The notes beneath the pieces were generated by a model, which made no database searches, was not told the origin of the DNA, and worked only from the letters and a program-made list of their open reading frames with translations. A stretch of 64,000 nt of DNA from Sulfitobacter sp. (GTDB lineage Bacteria; Pseudomonadota; Alphaproteobacteria; Rhodobacterales; Rhodobacteraceae): the NCBI GenBank assembly GCA_039967155.1, contig JBDVSG010000159.1, positions 10,020-74,019 of the forward strand. Direction: 5' to 3'. Positions 19,739 to 28,776 of the stretch are shown one piece after another; the stretch's first letter is position 1, and the number at the start of each line of letters is the position of its first letter. Made by a program: the position numbers and the translations under genes.

Positions 19739-20898
19739 TTGATCACACCTTTCGCCAGCAAAGCATTAATCTGGTCCTCACTCAGCCCAACATCTCGTAG
19801 GACATCTATCGAATGTTCCCCGTGTTTGGGGGGCGCGGTTGACAGAACAGGGCCTCCTTCGCTCATGCGGAAGGCGGCAACCGGCAAAGTCTCAGACGTG
19901 CCAGCGGGGTTGGGTTGAAAATAGCCGCGCGTTTGCAGCTGGGGGTTCTCGACAGCGTCCGCCAATGTATTCACAGGCTCTGCGGGCAAATCTGCAGTAC
20001 GAAAATCCCGCAACCAGTCTGCTTTGGATCGGGTCTGGAAAATGCCTGCTACTTTGGCGATGACCTCACTCTTTAGCGCCCAAACGTCTTCCCAAGATCT
20101 AATGTCTGCTAGCTCAGGGACAGGTTGCCCAAGTGCTGCCAGAACCTCTGCCAGCTTGCGGTATTGACGAGGTCGAAAGATGCCCAACATCAATGGACCG
20201 TCGGACGTTTCATAAGATTGGATGCCCAGCTCTTTCTCACGCTTTACCTTAAGGGGATGTTGTGCGGCGGCGGCTTCGGGGGACATCATTTGCAACGCAA
20301 CCTCCAACATCGAAACCGAAATGTGACAGCCTTTTCCAGTACGCGAACGTTGCACCACTGCAGAAGACACGGCAAATGCAGCGGCATAGCCAGTGCTATA
20401 GTCAATAAAGGACACGCCAGGTTTGGTGCCGCCACATTGTGCGATCGTTCCGCTCGTGGCTTGAATGACATTGTCATATGCACCCGTTTCAGCCTCGGGG
20501 CCGGTATCGCCGTAGCCAGTCAAAGAGCAATAGATCAAGGCGGGGTTGATCTTGGAGAGCACATCAAAACCCAAACCGCGACGCGCCAAACCGCCTGCCG
20601 CATAGTTCTCGACCAGAACATCAGCATCACGGACAAGACTACGAAAAATATCGCGCCCCTCTTCATCATCCAGATCAAGCGCCAACGCGCGCTTGTTCCC
20701 ACCTTGCGTCAGGTAATTCAGCCCAAGTCCTGCTGCGTTTGCTGCAGGATCTGGGCCACGTCCCCGCGCGCAATCAGGCGCCTGTGGTGCCTCAATCTTA
20801 AGAACATCCGCCCCAAGCAGACCCAGTTGATAAGTGCAAAACGGCCCTGCCAGCACGTGGGTCACATCAAGTACAGTGATATCATCCAGTGCGCCCAA
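19735..20898 (-). CDS. CaiB/BaiF family (class III) CoA-transferase
   Basis: LDDITVLDVTHVLAGPFCTYQLGLLGADVLKIE N-terminus, 387 aa. Confidence 0.9.
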   Translation of the reverse strand: MGALDDITVLDVTHVLAGPFCTYQLGLLGADVLKIEAPQAPDCARGRGPDPAANAAGLGLNYLTQGGNKRALALDLDDEEGRDIFRSLVRDADVLVENYAAGGLARRGLGFDVLSKINPALIYCSLTGYGDTGPEAETGAYDNVIQATSGTIAQCGGTKPGVSFIDYSTGYAAAFAVSSAVVQRSRTGKGCHISVSMLEVALQMMSPEAAAAQHPLKVKREKELGIQSYETSDGPLMLGIFRPRQYRKLAEVLAALGQPVPELADIRSWEDVWALKSEVIAKVAGIFQTRSKADWLRDFRTADLPAEPVNTLADAVENPQLQTRGYFQPNPAGTSETLPVAAFRMSEGGPVLSTAPPKHGEHSIDVLRDVGLSEDQINALLAKGVIK

Positions 20899-20998
20899 CA
20901 GCTTTTTCCTTCTTGAGATTCCGAAACAAATGACTGTTGCGTTTCGTTAATCTGTCTAATATACAAAACATTGTTCCACATGCAATACGGAAAATCAA

Positions 20999-22339
20999 AT
21001 GTCGTATGTCCTCCACCGCACTTTGGATTCTACCCTCCCGACCGTTGTTGCGGGGGATGGTAACCACCTTATAGATTCAAACGGCAAACGGTATCTCGAC
21101 GCCTGCGGCGGTGCGGCCGTTTCTTGCCTTGGGCATGATAATGCACGCGTCCGCGATGCGGTCAAAGCGCAGATGGACAAAGTTGCGTTTGCGCACACCA
21201 GCTTCTTTACAAACGAACCCGCAGAAGAGCTTGCTAAACATTTGATCGAACGCGCCCCAAAAGGGACTGGAGAGGGCCGTGTCATGTATTTGGGCAGCGG
21301 TTCCGAGGCGATGGAAGCGGCGCTCAAGCTTGCGCGTCAATACCATCTGGAGCGTGGCGATACAGCGCGCACCAAAATCATCGCTCGCAGACCCAGTTAT
21401 CACGGCAACACCCTTGGCGCGCTAGCAACGGGTGGCCATGAGGGTCGCCGCGCGCCGTTTCAACCGTTATTGATGGAGGTCCAACATATTGATGCGGCCT
21501 ATGCGTACCGAATGCGCAAAGGCAGCGAAAGCCAGGAAGACTTCGGCCTTCGCATGGCCAACCTATTGGAAGAAAAGATTCAATCGATTGGCCCTGAAAG
21601 CATCATGGCGTTTGTCGCAGAACCGGTGGTCGGCGCATCCCTTGGGACGGAACCCGCACCAGAAGGGTATTTCAAACGCATCCGCGAAATTTGCGATCAG
21701 TACGGTGTGCTCTACATCGCTGACGAAGTGATGTGTGGCATGGGCCGGACCGGAACCACCTTTGCCCTAGAGCAAGAGGGCATCCACGCTGATATTACGA
21801 CCATGGCCAAAGGGTTGGGCGCGGGCTACCAACCAATTGCTGCGGTGATGGCAAGCGAAAAAGTTATATCGACGATTGAGGCAGGCAGTGGTCAGCTTTG
21901 GAACGGTCACACGTATATGTCGCATGCTGTTGCCGCTGCTGGCGCGCTGGCCGTACAAAAAGTGATTGATGAAGAAAACCTGCTGAGCAACATCAATGAG
22001 CGTGGTGCGCAACTCGAAGCGGCGCTGAACACACGCTTTGGACAGCATCCAAACGTCGGTGACATCCGTGGCCGTGGGCTGTTCTGGAGTGTCGAATTGG
22101 TGAGTGACAAAACCACCAAGGCCCCCTTCCCTTCGGCAAGCAAGCTTGCACCAAAAATCCAGCACGCGGCACTGGATCAGGGCCTAATGTGCTATCCTGC
22201 CCAAGGCTGCGCAGATGGGACCAACGGCGATCACATTCTATTAGCACCGTCCTATACGTCAACAGCCGCAGAAATTGACGAAATTGTTGTGGCCATTGCC
22301 GCCGCAATTGATGAAGGGCTGGAGCAAATAACATCATGA
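20999..22339 (+). CDS. class III (omega) aminotransferase
   Basis: 446 aa with GSGSEAMEAALKLA and ADEVMCGMGRTGT motifs. Confidence 0.9.
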   Translation: MSYVLHRTLDSTLPTVVAGDGNHLIDSNGKRYLDACGGAAVSCLGHDNARVRDAVKAQMDKVAFAHTSFFTNEPAEELAKHLIERAPKGTGEGRVMYLGSGSEAMEAALKLARQYHLERGDTARTKIIARRPSYHGNTLGALATGGHEGRRAPFQPLLMEVQHIDAAYAYRMRKGSESQEDFGLRMANLLEEKIQSIGPESIMAFVAEPVVGASLGTEPAPEGYFKRIREICDQYGVLYIADEVMCGMGRTGTTFALEQEGIHADITTMAKGLGAGYQPIAAVMASEKVISTIEAGSGQLWNGHTYMSHAVAAAGALAVQKVIDEENLLSNINERGAQLEAALNTRFGQHPNVGDIRGRGLFWSVELVSDKTTKAPFPSASKLAPKIQHAALDQGLMCYPAQGCADGTNGDHILLAPSYTSTAAEIDEIVVAIAAAIDEGLEQITS

Positions 22340-23217
22340 GCCGTAAAACGATCCTGACCTGTGCGGTAACCGGAAACTTGATGACACCGGACATCAACCC
22401 CAACCTGCCTGTCACACCTGCGCAAATCGCACAACAAGCACTGGATGCTGCCCAGGCGGGTGCTGCGATTGTGCATCTTCATGTGCGTGATCTCGAGACG
22501 GCAAAAGGGTCAATGGACATTGCGCTTTATTCTGAGTTGGTCGAACGCATCCGCGAGAAAAACGAGGACGTCATCCTGAACCTGACCACAGGTGAAGGGG
22601 GGCGGTTTGTTCCGTCAAAAGATGATCCTAAGGTTGCAGATGCTGGGTCAACTCTCTGCGCGCCTGAAAAACGGGTGTTGCATGTTGAAAAATTGAAACC
22701 CGAAATATGCACATTGGATTTCAACACAATGTGGTCAGGCCAAGCGAGCGTCATCAACGCGCCGTGGAACCTCGAAGCCATGGCCGAACGCATCTATGCC
22801 GCTGGCGTAAAGCCCGAGATCGAGATTTTCGATAGTGGTGATTTGCACATGGTCAAAGACTTCATCGCGCGGGGCATCATCAAAACACCCCTGATGGTGC
22901 AGATGGTTTTGGGCGTGCGGTTTGGCGCAGTGGCAAACCCAGCGACAATGGCTTATCTGGTCAGCCAGTTGCCCCAAGGCACCGAATGGGCGGCGTTCGG
23001 AATAGGCCGGATGGCGTTTCCAATGCTTGCTCAGGCGTTCTTACTGGGGGGCCACGTGCGCATCGGCATGGAAGACACCGCCTATATATCCAAAGGCGAA
23101 CACTGTAACTCGAATGCGCAATTGGTTGAGAAAGGTGTCACAATCATCGACAGCCTTGGCGGATCAATTGCCAGCCCCGATGAAGCGCGCAGCATTCTTG
23201 GCATTGTAAAAAGCTAA
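22336..23217 (+). CDS. 3-keto-5-aminohexanoate cleavage enzyme family (BKACE/DUF849)
   Basis: ILTCAVTGNLMTPDINPNLPVTPAQIA...AIVHLHVRD is the typical BKACE N-terminus. ATGA overlap with the aminotransferase gene. Confidence 0.9.
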   Translation: MSRKTILTCAVTGNLMTPDINPNLPVTPAQIAQQALDAAQAGAAIVHLHVRDLETAKGSMDIALYSELVERIREKNEDVILNLTTGEGGRFVPSKDDPKVADAGSTLCAPEKRVLHVEKLKPEICTLDFNTMWSGQASVINAPWNLEAMAERIYAAGVKPEIEIFDSGDLHMVKDFIARGIIKTPLMVQMVLGVRFGAVANPATMAYLVSQLPQGTEWAAFGIGRMAFPMLAQAFLLGGHVRIGMEDTAYISKGEHCNSNAQLVEKGVTIIDSLGGSIASPDEARSILGIVKS

Positions 23218-23224
23218 CGCCATG

Positions 23225-24052
23225 TCACTCTGCACCCGCATATCCCAATTCCCGCGAAATGCGCATCGCTGTGGCTTTCGTCTCAGGAACATAAAAGCTC
23301 TCAACGCGGTCAAAGTCAAAGCCACTGTCAGGGCCAGACACATTAACACAAGCAACAACTTGTCCGCTGTTGTCACGCACCGGAACTGCGATGCTCGACC
23401 CTCCGGGTTCGCGAAATCCTTGCGAAAATACGTAACCCTCTTTGCGCGCAGCTTCCACGCGCGCGCGCAGGCTATCGAAATTGGTTGGTGTCTTATCGGT
23501 CAACGGAACCATGTCCACGTTGTCGCAGAACACTTTCAGCTCTTCTTCAGACATCGCGCCCAACAAACACCAGCCAATTGCAGAAGCGTAGGCCTGTGTC
23601 CGCGTCCCCGTCACCATGTTGGAAACAAAGCCGGTGCGCGCTTGGTGGCTTCCGAGGTACAAAACATCGTAGCCTTCCAAAACGCTCAGATGTGCACTAA
23701 CGCCCGTAACGTCGCGCAAATCAGACAAGAACGGACGGGCAATACTCGTGATGGGCTGCTGGTTCAAATAAGCAAAGCCAAGGTTCAAGACCCGTGCGCC
23801 CAACGTGTAGGTGTTCTTTTGCTCACCATCTTTCAAAAAACCCATCTGGTTCAACGTATAAATCAGTCGAAACGTAGAAGAGCGGCTCAGCTCCATAGCA
23901 CGGCCGATATCGCTCAGCGACATTGGCTCATCTGCAACGCTCAAAATCTCAAGGACACGCAGGCCGCGATGAAGTCCCGGCACAAAGTAAACTTTGTGGT
24001 TGGAAGATTCTTGCATGGAAGTCTCAATTTCTTGGGAATAATCGAACAACAT
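23225..24052 (-). CDS. IclR family transcriptional regulator
   Basis: Trimmed to ATG 24052. HTH GLRVLEILS...MSLSDIGRAMELSRSSTFRLIYTL plus a C-terminal IclR effector domain. Confidence 0.85.
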   Translation of the reverse strand: MLFDYSQEIETSMQESSNHKVYFVPGLHRGLRVLEILSVADEPMSLSDIGRAMELSRSSTFRLIYTLNQMGFLKDGEQKNTYTLGARVLNLGFAYLNQQPITSIARPFLSDLRDVTGVSAHLSVLEGYDVLYLGSHQARTGFVSNMVTGTRTQAYASAIGWCLLGAMSEEELKVFCDNVDMVPLTDKTPTNFDSLRARVEAARKEGYVFSQGFREPGGSSIAVPVRDNSGQVVACVNVSGPDSGFDFDRVESFYVPETKATAMRISRELGYAGAE

Positions 24053-24092
24053 TTTACCTACAAAACACCCAACACACAATGGAGGACGTAGT

Positions 24093-24698
24093 ATGAAACA
24101 AGAGTCTGGACGCAATTTGTTACCATCGACAAATGAGGATACTTGCGGCCCTTACTTCCCCATTTATTTTCGCGACGAGAGCCTTGAAGATCTCACGCAG
24201 ATTGATCCCGGGGTTGTTGCCAGCGCATCCGGTGAGCACATTATCCTTCGGGGGCGCGTGATTGATCGGCACGGCAACCTTGCGAATGGTGCTATTTTGG
24301 AGCTTTGGCAAGCGAACGCAAAAGGTGTCTACCGAACTCCTGCAAATGCTGCTGATCCTGATATTGATCCATGGTTCAACGGCTATGGGCGGCAGCGCTC
24401 TAACACGGGTGAATATTCATTCCGGACGATCAAACCTGGTGCCGCTGGAAATCGCGCGCCAAATATCACGGTTACGATCTTTTCTGATGGTATCAGCCGC
24501 ATTGTGACGCAGCTCTTTTTTGAAGGTGAAGCATCAAACGAAAGCGACCCTCTTTTGACAGCATTGGATGAGGCAGATCAAAGCCGCCTCATCGCACGTC
24601 ACGACGGCCGAACAGCTGATGGCGCTGAAGTCTATCTTTTTGACATCGTGATGGCAGGCCCAAATGAGACACCCTTTTTCGACGATCTTGAGAGCTGA
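24093..24698 (+). CDS. pcaG: protocatechuate 3,4-dioxygenase alpha-subunit-like protein
   Basis: 201 aa with TCGPYFPIYF... and ILELWQANAKGVYR... Intradiol dioxygenase fold without the His-x-His iron ligands, as in alpha subunits. Confidence 0.75.
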   Translation: MKQESGRNLLPSTNEDTCGPYFPIYFRDESLEDLTQIDPGVVASASGEHIILRGRVIDRHGNLANGAILELWQANAKGVYRTPANAADPDIDPWFNGYGRQRSNTGEYSFRTIKPGAAGNRAPNITVTIFSDGISRIVTQLFFEGEASNESDPLLTALDEADQSRLIARHDGRTADGAEVYLFDIVMAGPNETPFFDDLES

Positions 24699-24707
24699 GG
24701 AAAACCC

Positions 24708-25376
24708 ATGACAAAACTAGGCAGACAGCTCGGCATTGGTCCGACAGACAATACATCAGACCAACGAACACCCCGCAATCGCCTACACCTGATCCCAGAG
24801 GACGCACGCGGCAGTTTTGTGCCCGTGGTCCCCGCGCGCTTTGCCACGCGCGCAAATGAATGGGACATGACAAGGACGGCGCCTGACCGCCCACGCGCGA
24901 CAGGTGAACCTATCGAGGTCACTGGTAGCGTTCGAACAGAAAGCGGTGCCCCTGTGCGCGGCGGTCTGTTGGAAATCTGGAGCGCCAATCACTTTGGACG
25001 GTACCGCCATGTCGAAGATCATTCCGATTTGGAGCTGGACGAAAACCACCTAGGCATTGGCCGTGTCCTGACCGACGAAGAAGGCAATTACCGTTTTTGG
25101 GCCATCAGCCCTGGCGCGTATCTGGCACGCCCTGATATCGGGCGCTGGCGGCCCAAACATATCCATATTTCTGTAAGCGGCGGGTCATCGCGGTTGATCA
25201 CACAGATGTATTTCCCAGACGAGCCAAACAACGCAGCAGACCCGATGGCCATTTTGATGGGCGACAGCTTTGAGCGCAATGTGGGAAACCGATACGACAC
25301 GCCTGACACAGATGTCGATCAAGGCTTTCGTTTTGATATTGTGGTCGGTGGTCGCAATGCGACGTTTTTTGAATGA
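24708..25376 (+). CDS. pcaH: protocatechuate 3,4-dioxygenase beta-subunit-like protein
   Basis: 222 aa. Iron-ligand context is conserved (HFGRYRH, GNYRFWAISPGAY, RPKHIHISV). Confidence 0.78.
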   Translation: MTKLGRQLGIGPTDNTSDQRTPRNRLHLIPEDARGSFVPVVPARFATRANEWDMTRTAPDRPRATGEPIEVTGSVRTESGAPVRGGLLEIWSANHFGRYRHVEDHSDLELDENHLGIGRVLTDEEGNYRFWAISPGAYLARPDIGRWRPKHIHISVSGGSSRLITQMYFPDEPNNAADPMAILMGDSFERNVGNRYDTPDTDVDQGFRFDIVVGGRNATFFE

Positions 25377-25467
25377 TCGTGTTATTTAACCATTAGATCC
25401 AGACGAACACCGACCCGTTCAAGACAGCCCTTGTGCCTCTTGTCGACGCAATGGAAAGTGACTGAGG

Positions 25468-27078
25468 ATGCCGAAAAAAATTCTGTTCATCATGTGCGAT
25501 CAATTGCGGTTTGATTACTTGGGCTGCACAGGTCACGCGACCCTAAAGACACCCAATATTGATGCGCTCGCGGCACGCGGTGTGCGTTTTGATCGAACCT
25601 ATGTGCAATCGCCCATCTGTGGTCCCTCAAGAATGAGCTTTTATACTGGACGTTATGCGCGCAGCCATGGGGCTTTGTGGAACGAACACCCTTTGCGCGT
25701 TGGGGAAATGACCATCGGCGACCATCTTCGCCCGCTTGGCACGCGCACCGTCTTATGCGGCAAGACCCATATGACAGCAGACATTGAAGGCATGGAACGG
25801 CTGGGAATTGATGCCTCGACAGGGATCGGTGCCTTGGTCGCGGAATGCGGGTTCGAGATTTGGGATCGCAACGACGGGGTCGTGCCGGACGGGGCGAAGA
25901 AACAACCCTCCCACTATAACAAACACCTCAATGCACTTGGTTACAACGGCCCCAACCCATGGCACCAGTGGGCAAATTCTGGACGCGGAGATGACGGAGA
26001 AATTCTGTCAGGCTGGCTTCTTAGCCATGCCACAAAACCCGCAGCCGTGGCCGAGGAAGAGTCAGAGACCCCCTATACGACCACCCGTGCGATTGAATTC
26101 ATGGAGCAAGCCAAGGATGAAAGCTGGTGTCTGCATCTAAGCTATATCAAACCGCATTGGCCCTATATCGTGCCCGCGCCCTACCACAACATGTACAGCA
26201 CAGGCGACATACAGCCCGTCAAACGGGATGCCTGTGAAAAAGAGGACGCCCATCCCCTTATGGAAGGGTATTTTGGGCACCGCTACAGTGACGCATTCAG
26301 CCGCGATGATGTCCGCGAGGCCGTCATTCCCGCCTACATGGGGCTCATCACACAGATTGACGACCAGATCGGCCGATTGATGCGCTACTTGGATGACAGT
26401 GGGCAAATGGACGACACGTTGATCGTGTTCACATCCGATCATGGCGATTATCTGGGCGATCACTGGTTAGGTGAAAAAGAGCTGTTCCACGACCAATCCT
26501 CACGCATTCCTCTTATCGTGATTGATCCCAGCCGCGATGCAGACCCAACCCGCGGGACCGTTGTGCACGACCTGACAGAGGCCATTGATCTGGCCCCGAC
26601 CTTTGTCGATTTCTTGGGGGGCAATGTGCCGGATCACATTCTCGAAGGCCATTCCCTACTGCCCGCGACCCGCGGCACCCCCAAAAAGGCACGGGACTAT
26701 GTCATTTCCGAATACGACTTTTCGGCCCGCCCCCACTTACGTCACCTTAGCCCAGATGCAAAATCTTGCGCGCTAACGATGATCTTTGACGGTCGCTACA
26801 AAATGATCTGGGTCGAGGGGCACCGCCAGATGCTATACGATCTGGAAACGGACCCGAATGAATTTCACGACCTTGGAAATTCTCCCGCCTATAAAGACGA
26901 GATCAAACGGCTGAGTGCAGAGCTTTTCAAATGGGCCCGCAAACAACATTCCCGTGTGACGATCTCGGACGATAAAATCGACACGGTTCTGTCAAAAGAC
27001 GATGCCGCATATGGTGTCTATTTAGGATTTTGGGATGAAGAAGAGCTTGGGCACTGGAAAGGGACCCACAAAACGTGA
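25468..27078 (+). CDS. sulfatase family hydrolase
   Basis: 536 aa. MCDQLRFDYLG metal site and formylglycine signature CGPSRMSFYTGR (C-x-P-S-R). Confidence 0.85.
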   Translation: MPKKILFIMCDQLRFDYLGCTGHATLKTPNIDALAARGVRFDRTYVQSPICGPSRMSFYTGRYARSHGALWNEHPLRVGEMTIGDHLRPLGTRTVLCGKTHMTADIEGMERLGIDASTGIGALVAECGFEIWDRNDGVVPDGAKKQPSHYNKHLNALGYNGPNPWHQWANSGRGDDGEILSGWLLSHATKPAAVAEEESETPYTTTRAIEFMEQAKDESWCLHLSYIKPHWPYIVPAPYHNMYSTGDIQPVKRDACEKEDAHPLMEGYFGHRYSDAFSRDDVREAVIPAYMGLITQIDDQIGRLMRYLDDSGQMDDTLIVFTSDHGDYLGDHWLGEKELFHDQSSRIPLIVIDPSRDADPTRGTVVHDLTEAIDLAPTFVDFLGGNVPDHILEGHSLLPATRGTPKKARDYVISEYDFSARPHLRHLSPDAKSCALTMIFDGRYKMIWVEGHRQMLYDLETDPNEFHDLGNSPAYKDEIKRLSAELFKWARKQHSRVTISDDKIDTVLSKDDAAYGVYLGFWDEEELGHWKGTHKT

Positions 27079-27248
27079 AGCAACACGCATCTCACCCTCT
27101 GACAAACCTCGCGGAGTTGGTTTCGCCCATCCGCCCTTGATCTTCCAAACTAAGCCCAACAGTAGTGCGTGGCGATTTGATGGCAGGATTTACCAACGCT
27201 GCAATCGTACTGGACCTGTCGCGATTTAGTGGCGCTCCAATTGCTCGT

Positions 27249-27745
27249 TCAAGCCACCTTTCGTTCAAAAGAGATGGCGCTTTTCCTACCCAATGCTGAG
27301 TGACGGTGGCTTGGTTTATAACCCATCGATGTATTAGAAGATTGCCCTCTCAGCCTTCCGACATGCCGCCGCAGGATTTTCTTAGGATCACGAGAACAGT
27401 ATTGCCTGCGACGATCTGTGTGATGGACGCAACCTTTCGGCGATGACCGGAATGTTATGGCCATCTTCAATGCCCGGATCGCTAAGTCCCGTTTCATTCG
27501 CTGGCTCACGGCCCAGCCGATCACGCGTCTCGAGAGCAGATCCAGCATCACCGCACAATACAACCAGCCCTCGCGTGTCCAGACATGGCTAATGTCGCCC
27601 ACCCATGGCGTCCAAGGGGAAGACAGGACTGATCTTTGATGTGCGCCAAGGTAACCAAATCAGATCGCTTGCGACTGGCAGGACGGCTGCGGAAAGGACG
27701 CGTAAAATGGGCCTCTTCGAGACTGCCAGCATCCTAAGGCACAAA
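27249..27745 (-). pseudogene. IS3-family transposase (OrfB) pseudogene with internal deletion
   Basis: Reverse frames read FRSRPASRKRSDLVTLAHIKDQ..., WVGDISHVWTREGWLYCAVMLDLLSRRVIGWAVS... and the tail HRHSALGRKSAISFERK. The catalytic core between them is collapsed. Confidence 0.8.
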
Positions 27746-27762
27746 GTTCGAAAGCACCGCGA

Positions 27763-28776
27763 TCAAGGTTGAATTTGAATGACTGAATCTTCCCACTCAA
27801 CAAGAAACCTACGCCTTTTTAACCTATCGAGAAATGTCATCAACGCAGGTTCCAATTTGATCGTTGCACGTTCAACGTCGTTCAGCTTTGAATTTAGGGG
27901 CGGCAGCGGAAGGACATTTGTATCCGGACCTGACTGGAGAGCAATTAAGTGCCGGATGAATGTCGACGCTTGCTCGGGGTGCGGTGCGGCGATTGAAACC
28001 ATAGCTGTCCGCATCATTGTCGTCGGAAAATCCGAAGGGAGGATGATTTCGATGGTGTCTTGCATTTCGACACGTGCGGTCGCGTAGCTTGCCAAGACAT
28101 TATATGCGACGGCGAGGGTCCCATCCGCCAAATCGTCGATCATAACACCCGAACAACAATAAAGTCGCACGTCCAAAGCGCCCATGACTTCCATCAAGCG
28201 CCAATAGGTTTCAGAGGCCCGCGCGTCTTGGGTCGCGAACAGGTATCCAAGGCCGGAGTCCCTCACATCATAGGTACCAACCCGACCGTTGAATGTTTCG
28301 GGCCGTGCCCGCAGGGCTTCGATGAGTTCCTGTCGGGTCTTGGGGATCACATGCCCTTCAAAGGCATCGCGGTTGATCACGATGGCCGCAGGTTCGGATG
28401 TAAATGCAAACAAACTATGACGCCATTGCGCCCAAGGGGGATGGATCAAATCAGGAATGGGGCGTGCTAACCCGTCATTGGCGGCTTTCAATTGCAGATC
28501 CATTGCGCTGGAAATGACCAAATCAAACGCTTCCGGGTTTGCGCGGAATATCTCGTTGAGATCTGTTGTCCCCATCACCAGATACTCGATGCCGATCTGG
28601 GGGTATTGCGACACGAAACTCTCGATGACCGGCGCAAACAGGGATGTATCAGTGGAGGAAAGGATCCGCATCCTGAGCGCTGCCCCCTGCGCGTTGAACA
28701 GGCGACGGTCCTCCCAGTCTTGCGCGACAAGAGCCACCGGCATGACCCAGAGAATTATAGCGATAATAATGCGCAT
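27763..28776 (-). CDS. periplasmic solute-binding protein (PBP2, iron/thiamine-type ABC receptor fold)
   Basis: 337 aa with a signal peptide. Overlaps the end of the sensor kinase gene by 22 nt. No cognate ABC permease or ATPase nearby. Confidence 0.7.
   Translation of the reverse strand: MRIIIAIILWVMPVALVAQDWEDRRLFNAQGAALRMRILSSTDTSLFAPVIESFVSQYPQIGIEYLVMGTTDLNEIFRANPEAFDLVISSAMDLQLKAANDGLARPIPDLIHPPWAQWRHSLFAFTSEPAAIVINRDAFEGHVIPKTRQELIEALRARPETFNGRVGTYDVRDSGLGYLFATQDARASETYWRLMEVMGALDVRLYCCSGVMIDDLADGTLAVAYNVLASYATARVEMQDTIEIILPSDFPTTMMRTAMVSIAAPHPEQASTFIRHLIALQSGPDTNVLPLPPLNSKLNDVERATIKLEPALMTFLDRLKRRRFLVEWEDSVIQIQP

Noticed and set aside
20125-20916. 263-aa ORF antisense to the CoA-transferase gene
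   Set aside because: It shadows a well-supported gene and has no recognisable motif.
23222-24091. 289-aa ORF antisense to the IclR regulator gene
   Set aside because: The IclR reading frame shows a clear HTH and effector-domain pattern. The antisense frame is low-complexity and Arg/His-rich.
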